64,000 nucleotides of DNA from Dehalococcoidia bacterium (GCA_965261715.1 OZ253471.1:2621422-2685421); one strand, 5' to 3'. Positions 25,483-35,463 are shown, numbered from the stretch's first letter. Notes: generated by a model not told the origin, from the sequence alone. Numbers and translations are program-made.

Positions 25483-26370
25483 CTAGTCGTTGGCGCTGTC
25501 GCCGCCTTTTCGGAAGAAGTCTTCGAGGTCGGCGATCAAGGCGTCGGCGCTGGGCAGCTCGCTCTCCGCTTGCTCCTGTTGTGGCGCGGGACTGGCGGCC
25601 TCGAGACGAGCGACGTAATCGCGCAGGTCGTTGTTATCGCGCAGCGCCTCTTCAAGCTGGGAATGGAATCGATGGATGCCGCGCTCGAGGGGATCGAGGT
25701 CGAAGGTGAGTCCGGTCATGTCGCTGACGACGCGCAACAGCGCCTGCGCGCCGACCGGATTGGTGATGCCCGGCAGATAGTGCGGCACCGAGGCCCAGAG
25801 CGAGACTCCGGCGACGCCCTGTCGTCGGCAGTGGTCGTGGAAGACGCCGACGATCCCGGAAGGTCCTTCGAAGCGGGACGGGTGCATGTTGTATCGCTGG
25901 GCAAGCTCGGAGTTGTTGGCCGAGCCGCGTACGTGTACCGGCTGGGTGTGCGGCGTACCGGCTGCGACCGAACCGAGCGACAGAATCAGCTTGGCGCCGA
26001 TGGCGTCGACGAGCTCGGACATGGCCGCCATGTAGCGCTTCCAGCGATACTGCGGCTCGATGCCGATCCCGACCACGATGTCGCGACCGCTGGAGGAGGG
26101 GCGGAGGTGGACGAACTCGGTGTCGGGCCAGGAGATATAGCGTTCTCCGTTTTGATAGCGGGCCATGGGCCGCGCGTCCGTAAAGTCGTAGAATTCCTCT
26201 GGGTCGATGGTGGCGAACGGCTTCACGCCCAACTGTTGAATCAGATACTGGGCAGCGCTGGAGGCCGATTCGCCGGCGTCGTTCCAGCCTTCCCAGGCCA
26301 TAATCAGGACTGGGTCGGTGAGATTGGGGAGTTCCTCAATATTGAGGTCAGGTGAGGTGGTCATGAGCAA
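25483..26370 (-). CDS. PAC2-family protein (proteasome-assembly-chaperone-2-like)
   Basis: 295-aa ORF; N-terminal ...LIMAWEGWNDAGESASSA and overall length typical of actinobacterial PAC2 proteins. Confidence 0.55.
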   Translation of the reverse strand: MLMTTSPDLNIEELPNLTDPVLIMAWEGWNDAGESASSAAQYLIQQLGVKPFATIDPEEFYDFTDARPMARYQNGERYISWPDTEFVHLRPSSSGRDIVVGIGIEPQYRWKRYMAAMSELVDAIGAKLILSLGSVAAGTPHTQPVHVRGSANNSELAQRYNMHPSRFEGPSGIVGVFHDHCRRQGVAGVSLWASVPHYLPGITNPVGAQALLRVVSDMTGLTFDLDPLERGIHRFHSQLEEALRDNNDLRDYVARLEAASPAPQQEQAESELPSADALIADLEDFFRKGGDSAND

Positions 26371-27229
26371 AGTTTACTCCAGCGCCAACGGCGCAACAGC
26401 CATGCAACTGACGCAGGCGTGGGCTGTGCGCGTCGTGGGAAATCGGGAACAGGCGGAACGGGTACGGGAGGAATCGGACGGTGGCGATCACTACCGCCCG
26501 ATCGCGTCGGCGTTCCGCGCCGATCCTCGGCGCACGGGCGACGCGGCGTTGGAGGCACTGCTGGAGCTGGCGTCGAAGGATGACGTCTGGGTTGACGTTG
26601 GCGCCGGGGCCGGCAGATTCGCTCTGCCGCTGGCTCTGCATGTCCAGAAGGTGATCGCGGTTGAGCCGTCGCGGGGCATGAGGGCGGAGTTGGCGCAGAT
26701 GCAAGTGGAGCACGGCGTGTTGAACGTCGAGGTGCGCGAACAGCGTTGGCCGTCGGATGATCCGGAGATCTCGGGCATGGCCGATGTGGCGTTGATCTCG
26801 CATGTTGCCTACGACATCGAACCGATCGGCGAGTTCCTGGACGCGCTGGAGCGGTCGGCGACGAGGGAGTGCGTGGCGATTCTCTACGATCGCTCGCCCG
26901 GATCACTGTTCTGGGAGGTCTGGCCGGCGGTCCACAGCGAGGAACAAGTGCATCTGCCAGGAGGCAATGAGTTTGTCGAGCTGCTGGAAGCGCGTGGCGC
27001 GCAGGTTGATGCGGTCGAGATTGGGCGCGGGGGAGACCGACAACGATTCATGTTCGGCTCGCCCGATGACGCGATGGGATGGGCGCGACGGCGACTATGG
27101 TTGGCTAAGGATTCGTCGCGGTTGCCGGTGTTGCGCGATGCGGTGGCGGAACTATTGATTGAACGGGACGGCTCGTGGTCGTTGCCGGATCAACCGAAAC
27201 AGATGCTGATTCGCTGGAGGACAAGATGA
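26363..27229 (+). CDS. class I SAM-dependent methyltransferase
   Basis: motif I VDVGAGAGRFALPLA; start at MSKVY, or alternatively MQLTQ at 26402 to avoid divergent overlap with the neighbouring gene. Confidence 0.6.
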   Translation: MSKVYSSANGATAMQLTQAWAVRVVGNREQAERVREESDGGDHYRPIASAFRADPRRTGDAALEALLELASKDDVWVDVGAGAGRFALPLALHVQKVIAVEPSRGMRAELAQMQVEHGVLNVEVREQRWPSDDPEISGMADVALISHVAYDIEPIGEFLDALERSATRECVAILYDRSPGSLFWEVWPAVHSEEQVHLPGGNEFVELLEARGAQVDAVEIGRGGDRQRFMFGSPDDAMGWARRRLWLAKDSSRLPVLRDAVAELLIERDGSWSLPDQPKQMLIRWRTR

Positions 27230-27816
27230 ACCGAGTTACACCGATGACAACCGCCGAGCTGCTGGAGGCGGCGCCGTATCTGTCGGCCATTCATAACAAC
27301 GGAGGCACGATTCCCACGTCGTTCCATGTCCTGGGACGGCGGCCGAAGGTGCTGGAAGCATTCCAGCCGTTCTTCGGTTCAATCATGCGGGAAGGAACGG
27401 TGCCGCCAGGTCTGAAGCAACTGATTGCGCACGTGGTCTCGCGTACGGCCGGGTGTCTGTACTGCCAGGCGCATACGGGACACTTTGCGCACACGCTTGC
27501 GGGCGAGACCTACGAGCGAGTCGAAGCAGTGTGGGCGTTTGAGACGTCGGAGTTGTTCTCAGAGGCCGAACGCGCTGCGTTGCGGGTCGCTCGCGACTCC
27601 GGCGGCGTACCGAATGCTACGACGGATGAGCAGTTCGACGAACTGCGGAAGTACTGGTCGGACTCGGAGATGGTTGAGATTGTTTGCGTGATCTCGATGT
27701 TTGGATTCCTCAATCGGTTCAATGACACGTTGGCGAACGAGCTGGAGCCGGACGCGGTTGAGTTTTCGGACGCTCATCTGGTGCAGGCGGGCTGGTCGGT
27801 CGGCAAGCACGGCTGA
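27226..27816 (+). CDS. carboxymuconolactone decarboxylase (AhpD-like) family protein
   Basis: CxxC(x)H motif CLYCQAH; start ATG overlaps the previous stop (ATGA). Confidence 0.65.
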   Translation: MNRVTPMTTAELLEAAPYLSAIHNNGGTIPTSFHVLGRRPKVLEAFQPFFGSIMREGTVPPGLKQLIAHVVSRTAGCLYCQAHTGHFAHTLAGETYERVEAVWAFETSELFSEAERAALRVARDSGGVPNATTDEQFDELRKYWSDSEMVEIVCVISMFGFLNRFNDTLANELEPDAVEFSDAHLVQAGWSVGKHG

Positions 27817-27869
27817 GATTGGCTGCGCTGCATACACAACCCGACCGTTTGGGGTCATTCCCTTTGCTC

Positions 27870-27966
27870 CCCCTCCCAGGGGGATCTGCCGAAGGCTGAG
27901 GGGGTTCCCCAGCGCTGGCGACCCCCTCAGTCGCTCCGCGACAGCTCCCCCTGGAAGGGGGATCTC
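27870..27966. repeat. MITE family B variant (agctcc subtype)
   Basis: ccccctcccagggggatctgccgaaggctgagggggttcccc...ccccctcagtcgctccgcgacagctccccctggaagggggatctc. Confidence 0.65.
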
Positions 27967-27993
27967 TTGGGAAGGATTGCTGGTCGCCTGTGC

Positions 27994-28890
27994 TCAGCGG
28001 GGCTTGTCTTCCATTGGGTTTTCGACTCCGTGGAAGAAGGCTCCTCGGTAGATCTTTGTGTCTCCTCGAACTCTGGCTTCCCATTCCTGGTCCGTCATGG
28101 CTTCTCTGAGGCGGATGGTTTGGATTGTGTCTTCTCCGATGGGCCAGCGCATGGGGAGTAGCTGTTCGAGTTCGACGATGTCGGCGACGGCGGTGGCGAC
28201 GGAGCGGGAGCCGGGGCGCGTGGCGGCTCGGGTGCGGAACGTGTTGAGGGCGTGGTCGGCGGATTCCTGGTAGGGCGAACGGCCCTCGCGCACTGCCTGG
28301 GCGACGTCAAGGTTGGTGGTCTGCCAGTCGGAGGCGTACATGCCGGGTTCGAGGATCGTGACATCGACGTTCCAGCGCGAAACCTCGTAGCGCAGGGCCT
28401 CGGACATTGCCTCGACGGCCCATTTTGAGGCGGCGTAGAGGCCCATCATCGGCGCGACGATCCGTCCAGCGAGTGATGAGACGTTGATGATCTTGCCGTG
28501 ATGCTGGTCTCGCATCGCGGGCAACACGGCGCGCGCCATGCGAATCTGACCGACGAAGTTGGTGTCCATCTGGCGCGTGACTTCTTCGTCGGACATGTCC
28601 TCGACCGGGCCGTAGAGTCCGTAGCCGGCATTATTGAATAGCGCGTCGACGCGTCCGAATCGTTTGAGTCCGGCGTCGACGGCCACTTCGATGGATGCCG
28701 GGGCGGTGACATCGCATTGGGCGATCTCGACTAGTTCCGGGTCGATGTTGGCCAGGTTCGGGCGGTCGCGGTCGGGATTGCGCATGGTCGCAATGACGGG
28801 ATGTCCTCGAAGCGTGAGCTCTTCCGTGGCGGCGAGGCCGAAGCCGCGCGATGCGCCGGTGACTAGCGTGACCTGTCGCTCAAGTACCAT
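27994..28890 (-). CDS. SDR family oxidoreductase
   Basis: TGASRGFG cofactor-binding motif; YxxxK active site. Confidence 0.8.
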   Translation of the reverse strand: MVLERQVTLVTGASRGFGLAATEELTLRGHPVIATMRNPDRDRPNLANIDPELVEIAQCDVTAPASIEVAVDAGLKRFGRVDALFNNAGYGLYGPVEDMSDEEVTRQMDTNFVGQIRMARAVLPAMRDQHHGKIINVSSLAGRIVAPMMGLYAASKWAVEAMSEALRYEVSRWNVDVTILEPGMYASDWQTTNLDVAQAVREGRSPYQESADHALNTFRTRAATRPGSRSVATAVADIVELEQLLPMRWPIGEDTIQTIRLREAMTDQEWEARVRGDTKIYRGAFFHGVENPMEDKPR

Positions 28891-28907
28891 GATTCAGCCT
28901 CCGCATC

Positions 28908-29831
28908 TTGTCCTGCTCGCGTCTGATGATGGTAGTGAGTGGGCCGCTGGCAAGGGACGTCGTGGACTGGCTGACCGATCCGTGGTCGTTTGAATTCATG
29001 CAACGCGCGCTGTTGGCGGGTGTGATCGTGTCGATAGCGTCGGCGATGGTCGGCGTCTTTGTGGTGTTGCGCGGACTGGCCTTCCTCGGCGATGCGGTGG
29101 CTCATACGCAACTTGCCGGCGCTGCTGTGGCGCTGGTGCTCGGTGGCGGCGCGGTGCTGATTACCCTCGGCGCCGGAATCGCTGCGGTGTTGACTGCGCT
29201 TGGCGTCGCACTGCTGACGATTCGCGGGCGGCTGCGCGAGGACACGGCGATCGGCATTATGTTTGCCGGATTCTTCGCGTTGGGGGTGATGCTGATCTCT
29301 CGAGAGCGGACGTTTGCTGTGGACCTGGGTTCGCTGCTTGTTGGTCACATTCTTGGGGCGTCGTGGACCGATCTGATTGTGATGGCGATCCTGACCAGCG
29401 TCGTTCTGATTGCCGTGCTGGCGTTTTTGCCGGAGTTGCGGTTGACGGCCTATGACTCGGAGATGGCAGCAGTATCGGGTGTACCGGTCACGTTGATGCA
29501 AGTGGGGCTGCTGGTGCTGATTGCCGTGGCGACAGTGGTTGCGTTTCGGCTGGTCGGGGTGATCCTGGCGGTGGCGATGCTGGTCACGCCTGCGGCGGCG
29601 GCGGCGATGGCGGTTCGGCATTTGGGTCAGATGATGATCCTGTCTGCCGTGTTCGGTGTCGCGGCGACGTTGATCGGCCTGTACTCGTCGTTCCATTTCG
29701 ACCTGGCAGCGGGGCCGTCGATTGTGCTCGCTGCCGTGATGATTATGGCCTTGACATTTGTGCTCAGCCCACGGGGTCTGTTCAGTGCGCTCCGTGGCGA
29801 AACGACGGTCGGTTCATCGCAGGAGCGGTAG
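28908..29831 (+). CDS. metal ABC transporter permease (ABC-3 family, ZnuB/MntB-like)
   Basis: FEFMQRALLAGVIVSIASAMVGVFVVLRGLAFLGDAVAH pattern typical of ABC-3 permeases; the table start is TTG, so the true start is probably further downstream. Confidence 0.7.
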   Translation: MSCSRLMMVVSGPLARDVVDWLTDPWSFEFMQRALLAGVIVSIASAMVGVFVVLRGLAFLGDAVAHTQLAGAAVALVLGGGAVLITLGAGIAAVLTALGVALLTIRGRLREDTAIGIMFAGFFALGVMLISRERTFAVDLGSLLVGHILGASWTDLIVMAILTSVVLIAVLAFLPELRLTAYDSEMAAVSGVPVTLMQVGLLVLIAVATVVAFRLVGVILAVAMLVTPAAAAAMAVRHLGQMMILSAVFGVAATLIGLYSSFHFDLAAGPSIVLAAVMIMALTFVLSPRGLFSALRGETTVGSSQER

Positions 29832-29841
29832 AGCGCCGCGG

Positions 29842-30405
29842 CTAGAGATCAGCGTCACGGAAGATGTGATCTCGATACCAGCGCAGCTCGTCGATCGATT
29901 CGCGGATGTCGTCGAGGGCGCGGTGATTTTCCTGCTTGACGAATCGTTCGAGATTCGGATACCAGCGCTTGGCCAGCTCCTTGATCGTGGAGACATCGAC
30001 GATCCGGTAGTTGAGCCAGTCGACCAGTTTGGGCATTTCGCCGTAGAGGAAGCGCTTGTCCTGGTGGACCGAGTTGCCGCAGAGCGGCGCGGCTCGCTCG
30101 ACTGTCCACTGTTGGACGAACTCGACGATCTCGGCCTCGGCTTGCTTAATCGTGGTGTCTGAGGCCTTGACGCGCTGGATCAATCCCGAGCCGTGATGCG
30201 TCCGCCGGTTCCAGGCGTTCATCACGCTCAGTTCTTCGTCCGTGCGCTGAATCGCGAAGTCTGGTCCGTCGGCGATGATGTTGAGTTTGGCGTCTGTGAT
30301 GATGACGGCGGCCTCGATGATGACGTCTTGCGAGGGATCGAGGCCGGTCATCTCAAGGTCGATCCAGACCATATTGCTCTTGGACGGGTTGGCGGTAGCG
30401 GGCAT
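29842..30405 (-). CDS. orn: oligoribonuclease (DEDDh 3'-5' exonuclease)
   Basis: WIDLEMTGLDP, ICGNSVHQDKRFL and the C-terminal H motif; the likely start is the MVWIDLEM methionine 11 codons downstream. Confidence 0.8.
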   Translation of the reverse strand: MPATANPSKSNMVWIDLEMTGLDPSQDVIIEAAVIITDAKLNIIADGPDFAIQRTDEELSVMNAWNRRTHHGSGLIQRVKASDTTIKQAEAEIVEFVQQWTVERAAPLCGNSVHQDKRFLYGEMPKLVDWLNYRIVDVSTIKELAKRWYPNLERFVKQENHRALDDIRESIDELRWYRDHIFRDADL

Positions 30406-30417
30406 GGGGTCAGGCTA

Positions 30418-30616
30418 GTGGGTGTCTCAGAAGTCCTTCCTGCGGAGAGTTTCTCCAGTCCCCGCCTCCGAGCGGGGACCCGTTCCTCTGCGGCCGTGGT
30501 ACGGGCTGACACCTGTCTCATCTGACAGGTCCGGGTTGGCAGCGTCGACCGCACAGCACCGATACCGAGCGGGTCCCGGCTCGGCGGCCGGGACGGGAGG
30601 ATATGAGACACCCTTA
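30418..30616. repeat. ~190-bp element bounded by inverted repeats gggtgtctca/tgagacaccc containing hairpin family C (gtccccgc-ctccga-gcggggac; gggtcccggc-tcggcg-gccgggac)
   Basis: terminal IRs seen directly; the internal hairpins recur at 49595-49620, 54537-54562 and 51396-51422. Confidence 0.55.
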
Positions 30617-30617
30617 T

Positions 30618-30731
30618 TAGGAATGCTCTGAATAGCTGTCGCCGGTGGCCGCTCGGGGACCCCCCTTCAGCCTGCGGCAGCTTCCCCCGCAAGGGGGGAA
30701 GCGGGGATCAGAGTTGTTCAGAGCATTCCTA
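30618..30731. repeat. MITE family A, complete copy
   Basis: taggaatgctctgaatagc...ccttcagcctgcggcagcttcccccgcaaggggggaagcggggatcagagttgttcagagcattcctag. Confidence 0.75.
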
Positions 30732-30765
30732 GAGGCGCCCCTAGCACGTGCTGTAGTGCGCTTCG

Positions 30766-31725
30766 CTACTGTTCTGCGATTGCCTTCGCATTGGCGATCA
30801 GGATTTCAATGAACGTGGGCTTGTCGTCTGTTGGCTGTGACCGGATGGTTGCTCGCTTGGCGCCTGTTTCATCGGAGATGGTGTTGAGAATGGCGGAATC
30901 GAACTGTGGCTCGTGGAAGACGGTCTCGACGCCTTCGTGCTCGATGAGTTCGATCAGCTCGGTGATCGACTCGGCGCTGACGCCCTGTTCCGGTCCTTCG
31001 ACGACGAATCCAACGATTTGCAGGCCATAGCGACGGGCGAAGTAGCCGAAGGCGTCGTGGAAGGTGACGAGCAGGCGTTGGTTTGCTGGTAGGACGGACA
31101 AGATGGCGCGCGCTTCTTCGTCGGCTTCTTCGATTTCCGCGACGTAGGCGACTAACCGACCGCCGATCGCTTCGGCGTCGGATGGGCGCAACTCGATCAG
31201 CTCGGCCGCGATGGCTTTGACCGCCGCCTGCGCGATGTCTGTGTCGAACCAGAAATGCGGATCTTCGTCGCCGGGTTCGTGCTCAGACTCTGCCTGCTGG
31301 TCCTGCTGATGCAGGTCGTGCTCGTCCGCCATCATGCCTTCGAATGGGTGCAGCTCCTCGCCCATTGCTTCCACGGCTCCGGCGAGATCGAGGGTGCGTT
31401 CGGCGTTCTCTTCGATCACATCCTCGTAGGACGCTTCGAGTCCCGCGCCGTTGATGATCACGAGATCGGCATCGGCGATGGCGCGGATGTCGTCGACGGT
31501 GAGTTCGAGGGTGTGTGCGTCGGCGCCGGCAGGAACGAGGGTGCGGACCGTGACATCGTCGCCTCCAACCTGGCGAACCCAGTCGGCAATGACCTGGGTT
31601 GAGGCCACGACGCTGAGTGTGTCGTCCGTTGATGATTCATCATCGGAGGAACAGGCAGCAACCATCACTGCCGCAAGCGGCACCAAGATGACGACGCGAA
31701 GCGCCAATCTAAAGAACCAAAACAT
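30766..31725 (-). CDS. metal ABC transporter substrate-binding lipoprotein (ZnuA/TroA-like, with His/Asp/Glu-rich loop)
   Basis: cluster-9 SBP pattern; lipobox VMVAACSS; acidic/His-rich insert HDLHQQDQQAESEHEPGDEDPH typical of zinc-specific ZnuA. Confidence 0.7.
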   Translation of the reverse strand: MFWFFRLALRVVILVPLAAVMVAACSSDDESSTDDTLSVVASTQVIADWVRQVGGDDVTVRTLVPAGADAHTLELTVDDIRAIADADLVIINGAGLEASYEDVIEENAERTLDLAGAVEAMGEELHPFEGMMADEHDLHQQDQQAESEHEPGDEDPHFWFDTDIAQAAVKAIAAELIELRPSDAEAIGGRLVAYVAEIEEADEEARAILSVLPANQRLLVTFHDAFGYFARRYGLQIVGFVVEGPEQGVSAESITELIELIEHEGVETVFHEPQFDSAILNTISDETGAKRATIRSQPTDDKPTFIEILIANAKAIAEQ

Positions 31726-31761
31726 TCCGGGGATCGATCTAGGCGGACGAAGTTTGTTGCG

Positions 31762-32235
31762 TCAGCGGCCTGTCCGCAAGGCCTTGAGGACCGCTTGCCC
31801 GTGGTCGGCGGCATTGGCGCGCTTCCAGACCTTGGTCAGCACACCGTCCGGTCCGATGACGAATGTAGCACGGGTCATGCCGATGCTCTTGCGCCCGTAG
31901 AGCGTCTTCTCGCCCCAGGCGCCGTAGCGCGTGGATACCTCGGTATCCGTGTCAACGAGGAGCGGAAAGTTGAGGTCGTACTTGTCGCGGAACTTCTGGT
32001 GCGAGTCGGCGCTGTCAATAGAGACGCCAAGCACGATTGCGCCTTCCGCCGCGATCTCGTCCATGTCGTCGCGGAACGAACAGGCCTGCTTGGTGCATCC
32101 TGGAGTGTCGTCGCGAGGATAGAAGTAGAGGACGACGGTCTGTCCGGCGTAGTCGGCGAGCTTGTGAGTGTTGCCATCCTGATCGGAAAGCAGGAAGTCG
32201 GGCGCTTGATCGCCTTTGGCGAGTGTGACGGACAT
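31762..32235 (-). CDS. bcp: thioredoxin-dependent thiol peroxidase (peroxiredoxin Bcp/PrxQ)
   Basis: FYPRDDTPGCTKQAC peroxidatic-Cys motif; 157 aa. Confidence 0.85.
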   Translation of the reverse strand: MSVTLAKGDQAPDFLLSDQDGNTHKLADYAGQTVVLYFYPRDDTPGCTKQACSFRDDMDEIAAEGAIVLGVSIDSADSHQKFRDKYDLNFPLLVDTDTEVSTRYGAWGEKTLYGRKSIGMTRATFVIGPDGVLTKVWKRANAADHGQAVLKALRTGR

Positions 32236-32256
32236 GGCTGATTCTTTCGTTGTCGA

Positions 32257-32691
32257 TTAATCGGTGTGCAGGACCGGGCTGCCGTGATGGTGAATGAGCA
32301 GCCAGGTGTTTTCCGGCGTGTCGGCATTGTCGGTCAGGTCGGCGCTCTGCGAGCGCTGGTAGATGTTGGTCGCCACGATCGGCACACCGGCCACCACCTC
32401 ACGTCCGGCGACGATGCCGATGTCGCCGACGACGCGCGCGTCCTCGGCGGCGAACACGATCTTGGGCTGGTCGGGATTGGTCAGGATTGCGCGCCAGGTG
32501 CGCTGGATGTCGGCGTGTCCCTTGGTCACGTTGCGGTGCGGATGGACGCAGGTCACTTCGTCGCCGCGTTGCCAGAGGTCGGCCATGGCCTCGATGTCGC
32601 GGGCGTTGAAGGCCTCATAGAAGGCCCGATTGGATTCGAGCACGGCGCGGCGATCTTCTGCGGGGTCGGGACTCGATTCATCGGCGGGCAT
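32257..32691 (-). CDS. SnoaL-like/NTF2-like (DUF4440-type) protein
   Basis: conserved part begins MPADESS...AVLESNRAFYEAFNARDIEAMADLW; the table ORF has an unsupported 79-aa N-terminal extension. Confidence 0.5.
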   Translation of the reverse strand: MPADESSPDPAEDRRAVLESNRAFYEAFNARDIEAMADLWQRGDEVTCVHPHRNVTKGHADIQRTWRAILTNPDQPKIVFAAEDARVVGDIGIVAGREVVAGVPIVATNIYQRSQSADLTDNADTPENTWLLIHHHGSPVLHTD

Positions 32692-32782
32692 GCGAGAGCT
32701 CCGGATTCGACCGAGACGTGAGCAAAGAACGACGACCCGGCGCAGGATGCTGATCGACGAGCCGGCGCGTATGCTCGGGGTT

Positions 32783-34300
32783 ATGAAAATCATACGGAAC
32801 TTTGCGCGCACGGTCGGTATGGCTGGGGTTTTGGTTGGCATTGCCGGGCTATCGTTTGCTGCGTGCAACGACGAGATTGAAGAAGCGGCACAGCGACAAT
32901 CGGTGTCCGTCGCTGAACAGCAAGACATGCAGAGTGGCGAACAAAGCGCCGAGCAAGGCGCCGAGCAGGCGGAGCAAGAGCCAGCGGCTCAACCGGCGCA
33001 GGAATCGGAGCAGGCGGCCTCGCAATCGAATCAAGAGCAGGCTGACCAGCCCCAACAGACGCAGCAGGCCCGACAGAGTGAGGCGGAACAGCAGGACACG
33101 CGACAGCAGGCGGCTGCTCCGTTGTCGGCGAGCAACACCTTTTTGCCGCTGGACGCGACTGAAACTGCTGAAGGCATCGTGATCATCCGCGACTCCGAGA
33201 GGCCGCAATATTTCGGTCTCGATTGGGGCACCGCCTGGAATATCCGGCTGGTTGACCTGGGCGAGCTGGCGCAGGGAGCGGCGCGCGACGCGATCCCGGC
33301 CCTTTCCGGTCCGCTCTATGTTTCGCTGCTGGAGGCGTCGGACTACTACACCGACAACGTGCCGTTGGTGCAGGTCAACGTGAACGGCGACGTGCGCGGA
33401 TTCCCGCTGGAGATCCTGACCTGGCATGAAATTGTCAACGATGTCATCGGCGGCGTACCGGTCACGGTGACGTTCTGCCCGCTCTGCAATACGGCCATCG
33501 CGTTTGAGTCACAGATCGACGAAGAGGTGTACAAATTCGGCGTCTCGGGCTTGCTGCGCAATTCCGATCTCGTGATGTACGACCGCAACACGGAATCGTT
33601 GTGGCAACAGTCGTCGGGCCGGGCAATTGTCGGGACGATGGTTGGCGCTCGGTTGAAGTACGTGCCAGCGTCGGTGGTGACCGTGGGCCAGTTGCGCTTC
33701 GCCTATCCCGACGCGCTCGTCATGTCGCGGGATACCGGATGGGCCAGAGCCTACGGCCAGAATCCCTACCGCGGATATGACAATCCCGAGAGCGGCGGTC
33801 CCTACTCATTCTTCTTCGACCGCGACAACATCGATGAGCGTCTGCCACCAGCGGAGAGAGTCGTGAGCATCGAGGGGCCCTCGGGCGCAGCGATTGCGTA
33901 TGGGTGGTCGGCCTTGTCGGAACGGCGGGTGATTCACGATTCGTTTGACGGCATCGACCTGGTCGTGTTCTGGACTCCCGGCGCGTTATCGATTCTCGAC
34001 ACGGGCATCCTCCGCGATGCGCGCGAGGTCGGGACGACGGCGGTGTTCGAGTCCTCGCTGGACGGTCGGGCGTTGACCTTCGCCCCGAATCCAGATGATG
34101 CCGACGGTCAGACCTTTGTCGATGAAGAGACGGGCTCGGTCTGGGACATCTTCGGTCGTGCGATTTGGGGCGAGCTTGAGGGCTCGCAGCTCACGCGGGT
34201 GATCCACTCGGACCACTTCTGGTTTGCCTGGCAGGCGTTCCATCCGGACACCGAGGTGGTGTCGCTGGCGGCTGCGGAGGGTGGGCTGGAGGAGGGCTAG
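32783..34300 (+). CDS. DUF3179 domain lipoprotein with glutamine-rich linker
   Basis: signal peptide with lipobox LSFAAC; low-complexity Q/E/A stretch; C-terminal TFCPLCNTAIAFE and HSDHFWFAWQAFHP patterns recalled for DUF3179. Confidence 0.5.
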   Translation: MKIIRNFARTVGMAGVLVGIAGLSFAACNDEIEEAAQRQSVSVAEQQDMQSGEQSAEQGAEQAEQEPAAQPAQESEQAASQSNQEQADQPQQTQQARQSEAEQQDTRQQAAAPLSASNTFLPLDATETAEGIVIIRDSERPQYFGLDWGTAWNIRLVDLGELAQGAARDAIPALSGPLYVSLLEASDYYTDNVPLVQVNVNGDVRGFPLEILTWHEIVNDVIGGVPVTVTFCPLCNTAIAFESQIDEEVYKFGVSGLLRNSDLVMYDRNTESLWQQSSGRAIVGTMVGARLKYVPASVVTVGQLRFAYPDALVMSRDTGWARAYGQNPYRGYDNPESGGPYSFFFDRDNIDERLPPAERVVSIEGPSGAAIAYGWSALSERRVIHDSFDGIDLVVFWTPGALSILDTGILRDAREVGTTAVFESSLDGRALTFAPNPDDADGQTFVDEETGSVWDIFGRAIWGELEGSQLTRVIHSDHFWFAWQAFHPDTEVVSLAAAEGGLEEG

Positions 34301-34304
34301 CTCA

Positions 34305-34595
34305 GTTTCTTATGGAACTTCTGGACAATAGGGTCGGTGGCCGAGCGGGACCCTCCCCATCAGCCTTCGGCAGCTTCCCCCGCAAGGAGACCTTTGCAGA
34401 ACTCACAAATCCCTTCTCCCCCCCTTGCGGGGGGAGATGTCACGGAGTGACAGAGGGGGGGTCCGCCGCCAGCGACCAGATAGGCCTTGAGATGGGGAGC
34501 CCCCCCTCTGCCTGCGGCATCTCCCCCGCAAGGGGGGCGAAGAGGACTTATGCAAAGGTCTCCGCAAGGGGGGAAGCGAGGATCACGGAGCCGGG
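34305..34595. repeat. MITE family B composite cluster (inverted orientation relative to 19795-20153)
   Basis: cttatggaacttctgg...cagccttcggcagcttcccccgcaaggagacctttgcag...ggggagatgtcacggagtgacagagggggg... Confidence 0.7.
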
Positions 34596-34596
34596 C

Positions 34597-35463
34597 CTAG
34601 TCGAGCAGCTCGACCTTGTCTCCGACGCTGATTTGGCCCGCTTCCAGCACGTTGCAGTAACTGCCGAGATGCTGCTTTGTGTTCTCGATTAGGGCTCGGC
34701 CGACGGCTCGGCTGGAGCCGAAGTCTCTCTGCGCGTGCGCGGGCACGGCGCAACGGACGGTTGTGGTCATCATCTCGATCAGGACCTCGCCCAGCCGCAG
34801 TTTCTTACCGGTCCAGTCGACTTCCAGCAGACCCTCGGCGTCGCCGGTGTCGATCAGGATGTTGGGGCGGAAGCGCCGCACATCAACGTCATCGCCTCCG
34901 CCTGCGGCGGCCAGCGCGTTGAGCGACGATGTCGTCATGATGTGGACGGGATAGCAGTCGAAGTACGTGCCAGGGGGCGAGGAGAAACCCTGTAGCGCCT
35001 TGGGTAATCCGGACAAGTCGGGCAGCGGGTCATTTTCTTCCATTCCGAGCAACTGGCGCAGCGCCGCCATCGGGTCGACACCCTCCGGCATCGGGCCACG
35101 CGCGTACCAGGCCAGGTCGTCGGACGGATGCAGGGGCGTGAGCGTGACCGCGCGACCAACGGCGTCGGACAACTGCGTGTGAATGTCTTCCTGGCCCGAC
35201 TCGATGCGGCCGTCGTCCGGAGTCGTGATCTCCAGCGCCGGGGAACGTGAGTCGACGCTGGGCGAGGTCGTGTATGCGGCGCGGAAGTGGAGCAGTCTGG
35301 GAATCTGCCGGGCGCTGCGGGTTTCGTCGCCCTCAGTTTCGCGGACGGCCCAGCCACGGTCGCCGGCGACGCCGTTTTGGTCGACTTCGGTCGATTCGAT
35401 CTGTTCTCCACCCATCGACTTGACGGGATAGCGCCAGAGCTGGCTCACGGTTCCGACGGACAT
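34597..35463 (-). CDS. MOSC domain-containing protein
   Basis: LWRYPVKSMGGE N-terminal beta-barrel motif followed by a MOSC-type C-terminal part. Confidence 0.65.
   Translation of the reverse strand: MSVGTVSQLWRYPVKSMGGEQIESTEVDQNGVAGDRGWAVRETEGDETRSARQIPRLLHFRAAYTTSPSVDSRSPALEITTPDDGRIESGQEDIHTQLSDAVGRAVTLTPLHPSDDLAWYARGPMPEGVDPMAALRQLLGMEENDPLPDLSGLPKALQGFSSPPGTYFDCYPVHIMTTSSLNALAAAGGGDDVDVRRFRPNILIDTGDAEGLLEVDWTGKKLRLGEVLIEMMTTTVRCAVPAHAQRDFGSSRAVGRALIENTKQHLGSYCNVLEAGQISVGDKVELLD

Noticed and set aside
32257-32928. Cys-rich N-terminal extension (MSCCSATDTDCRCAASS...) of the SnoaL-like ORF
   Set aside because: The extension overlaps the divergent DUF3179 gene region and has no start context. 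The conserved domain begins at the internal MPADESS methionine.
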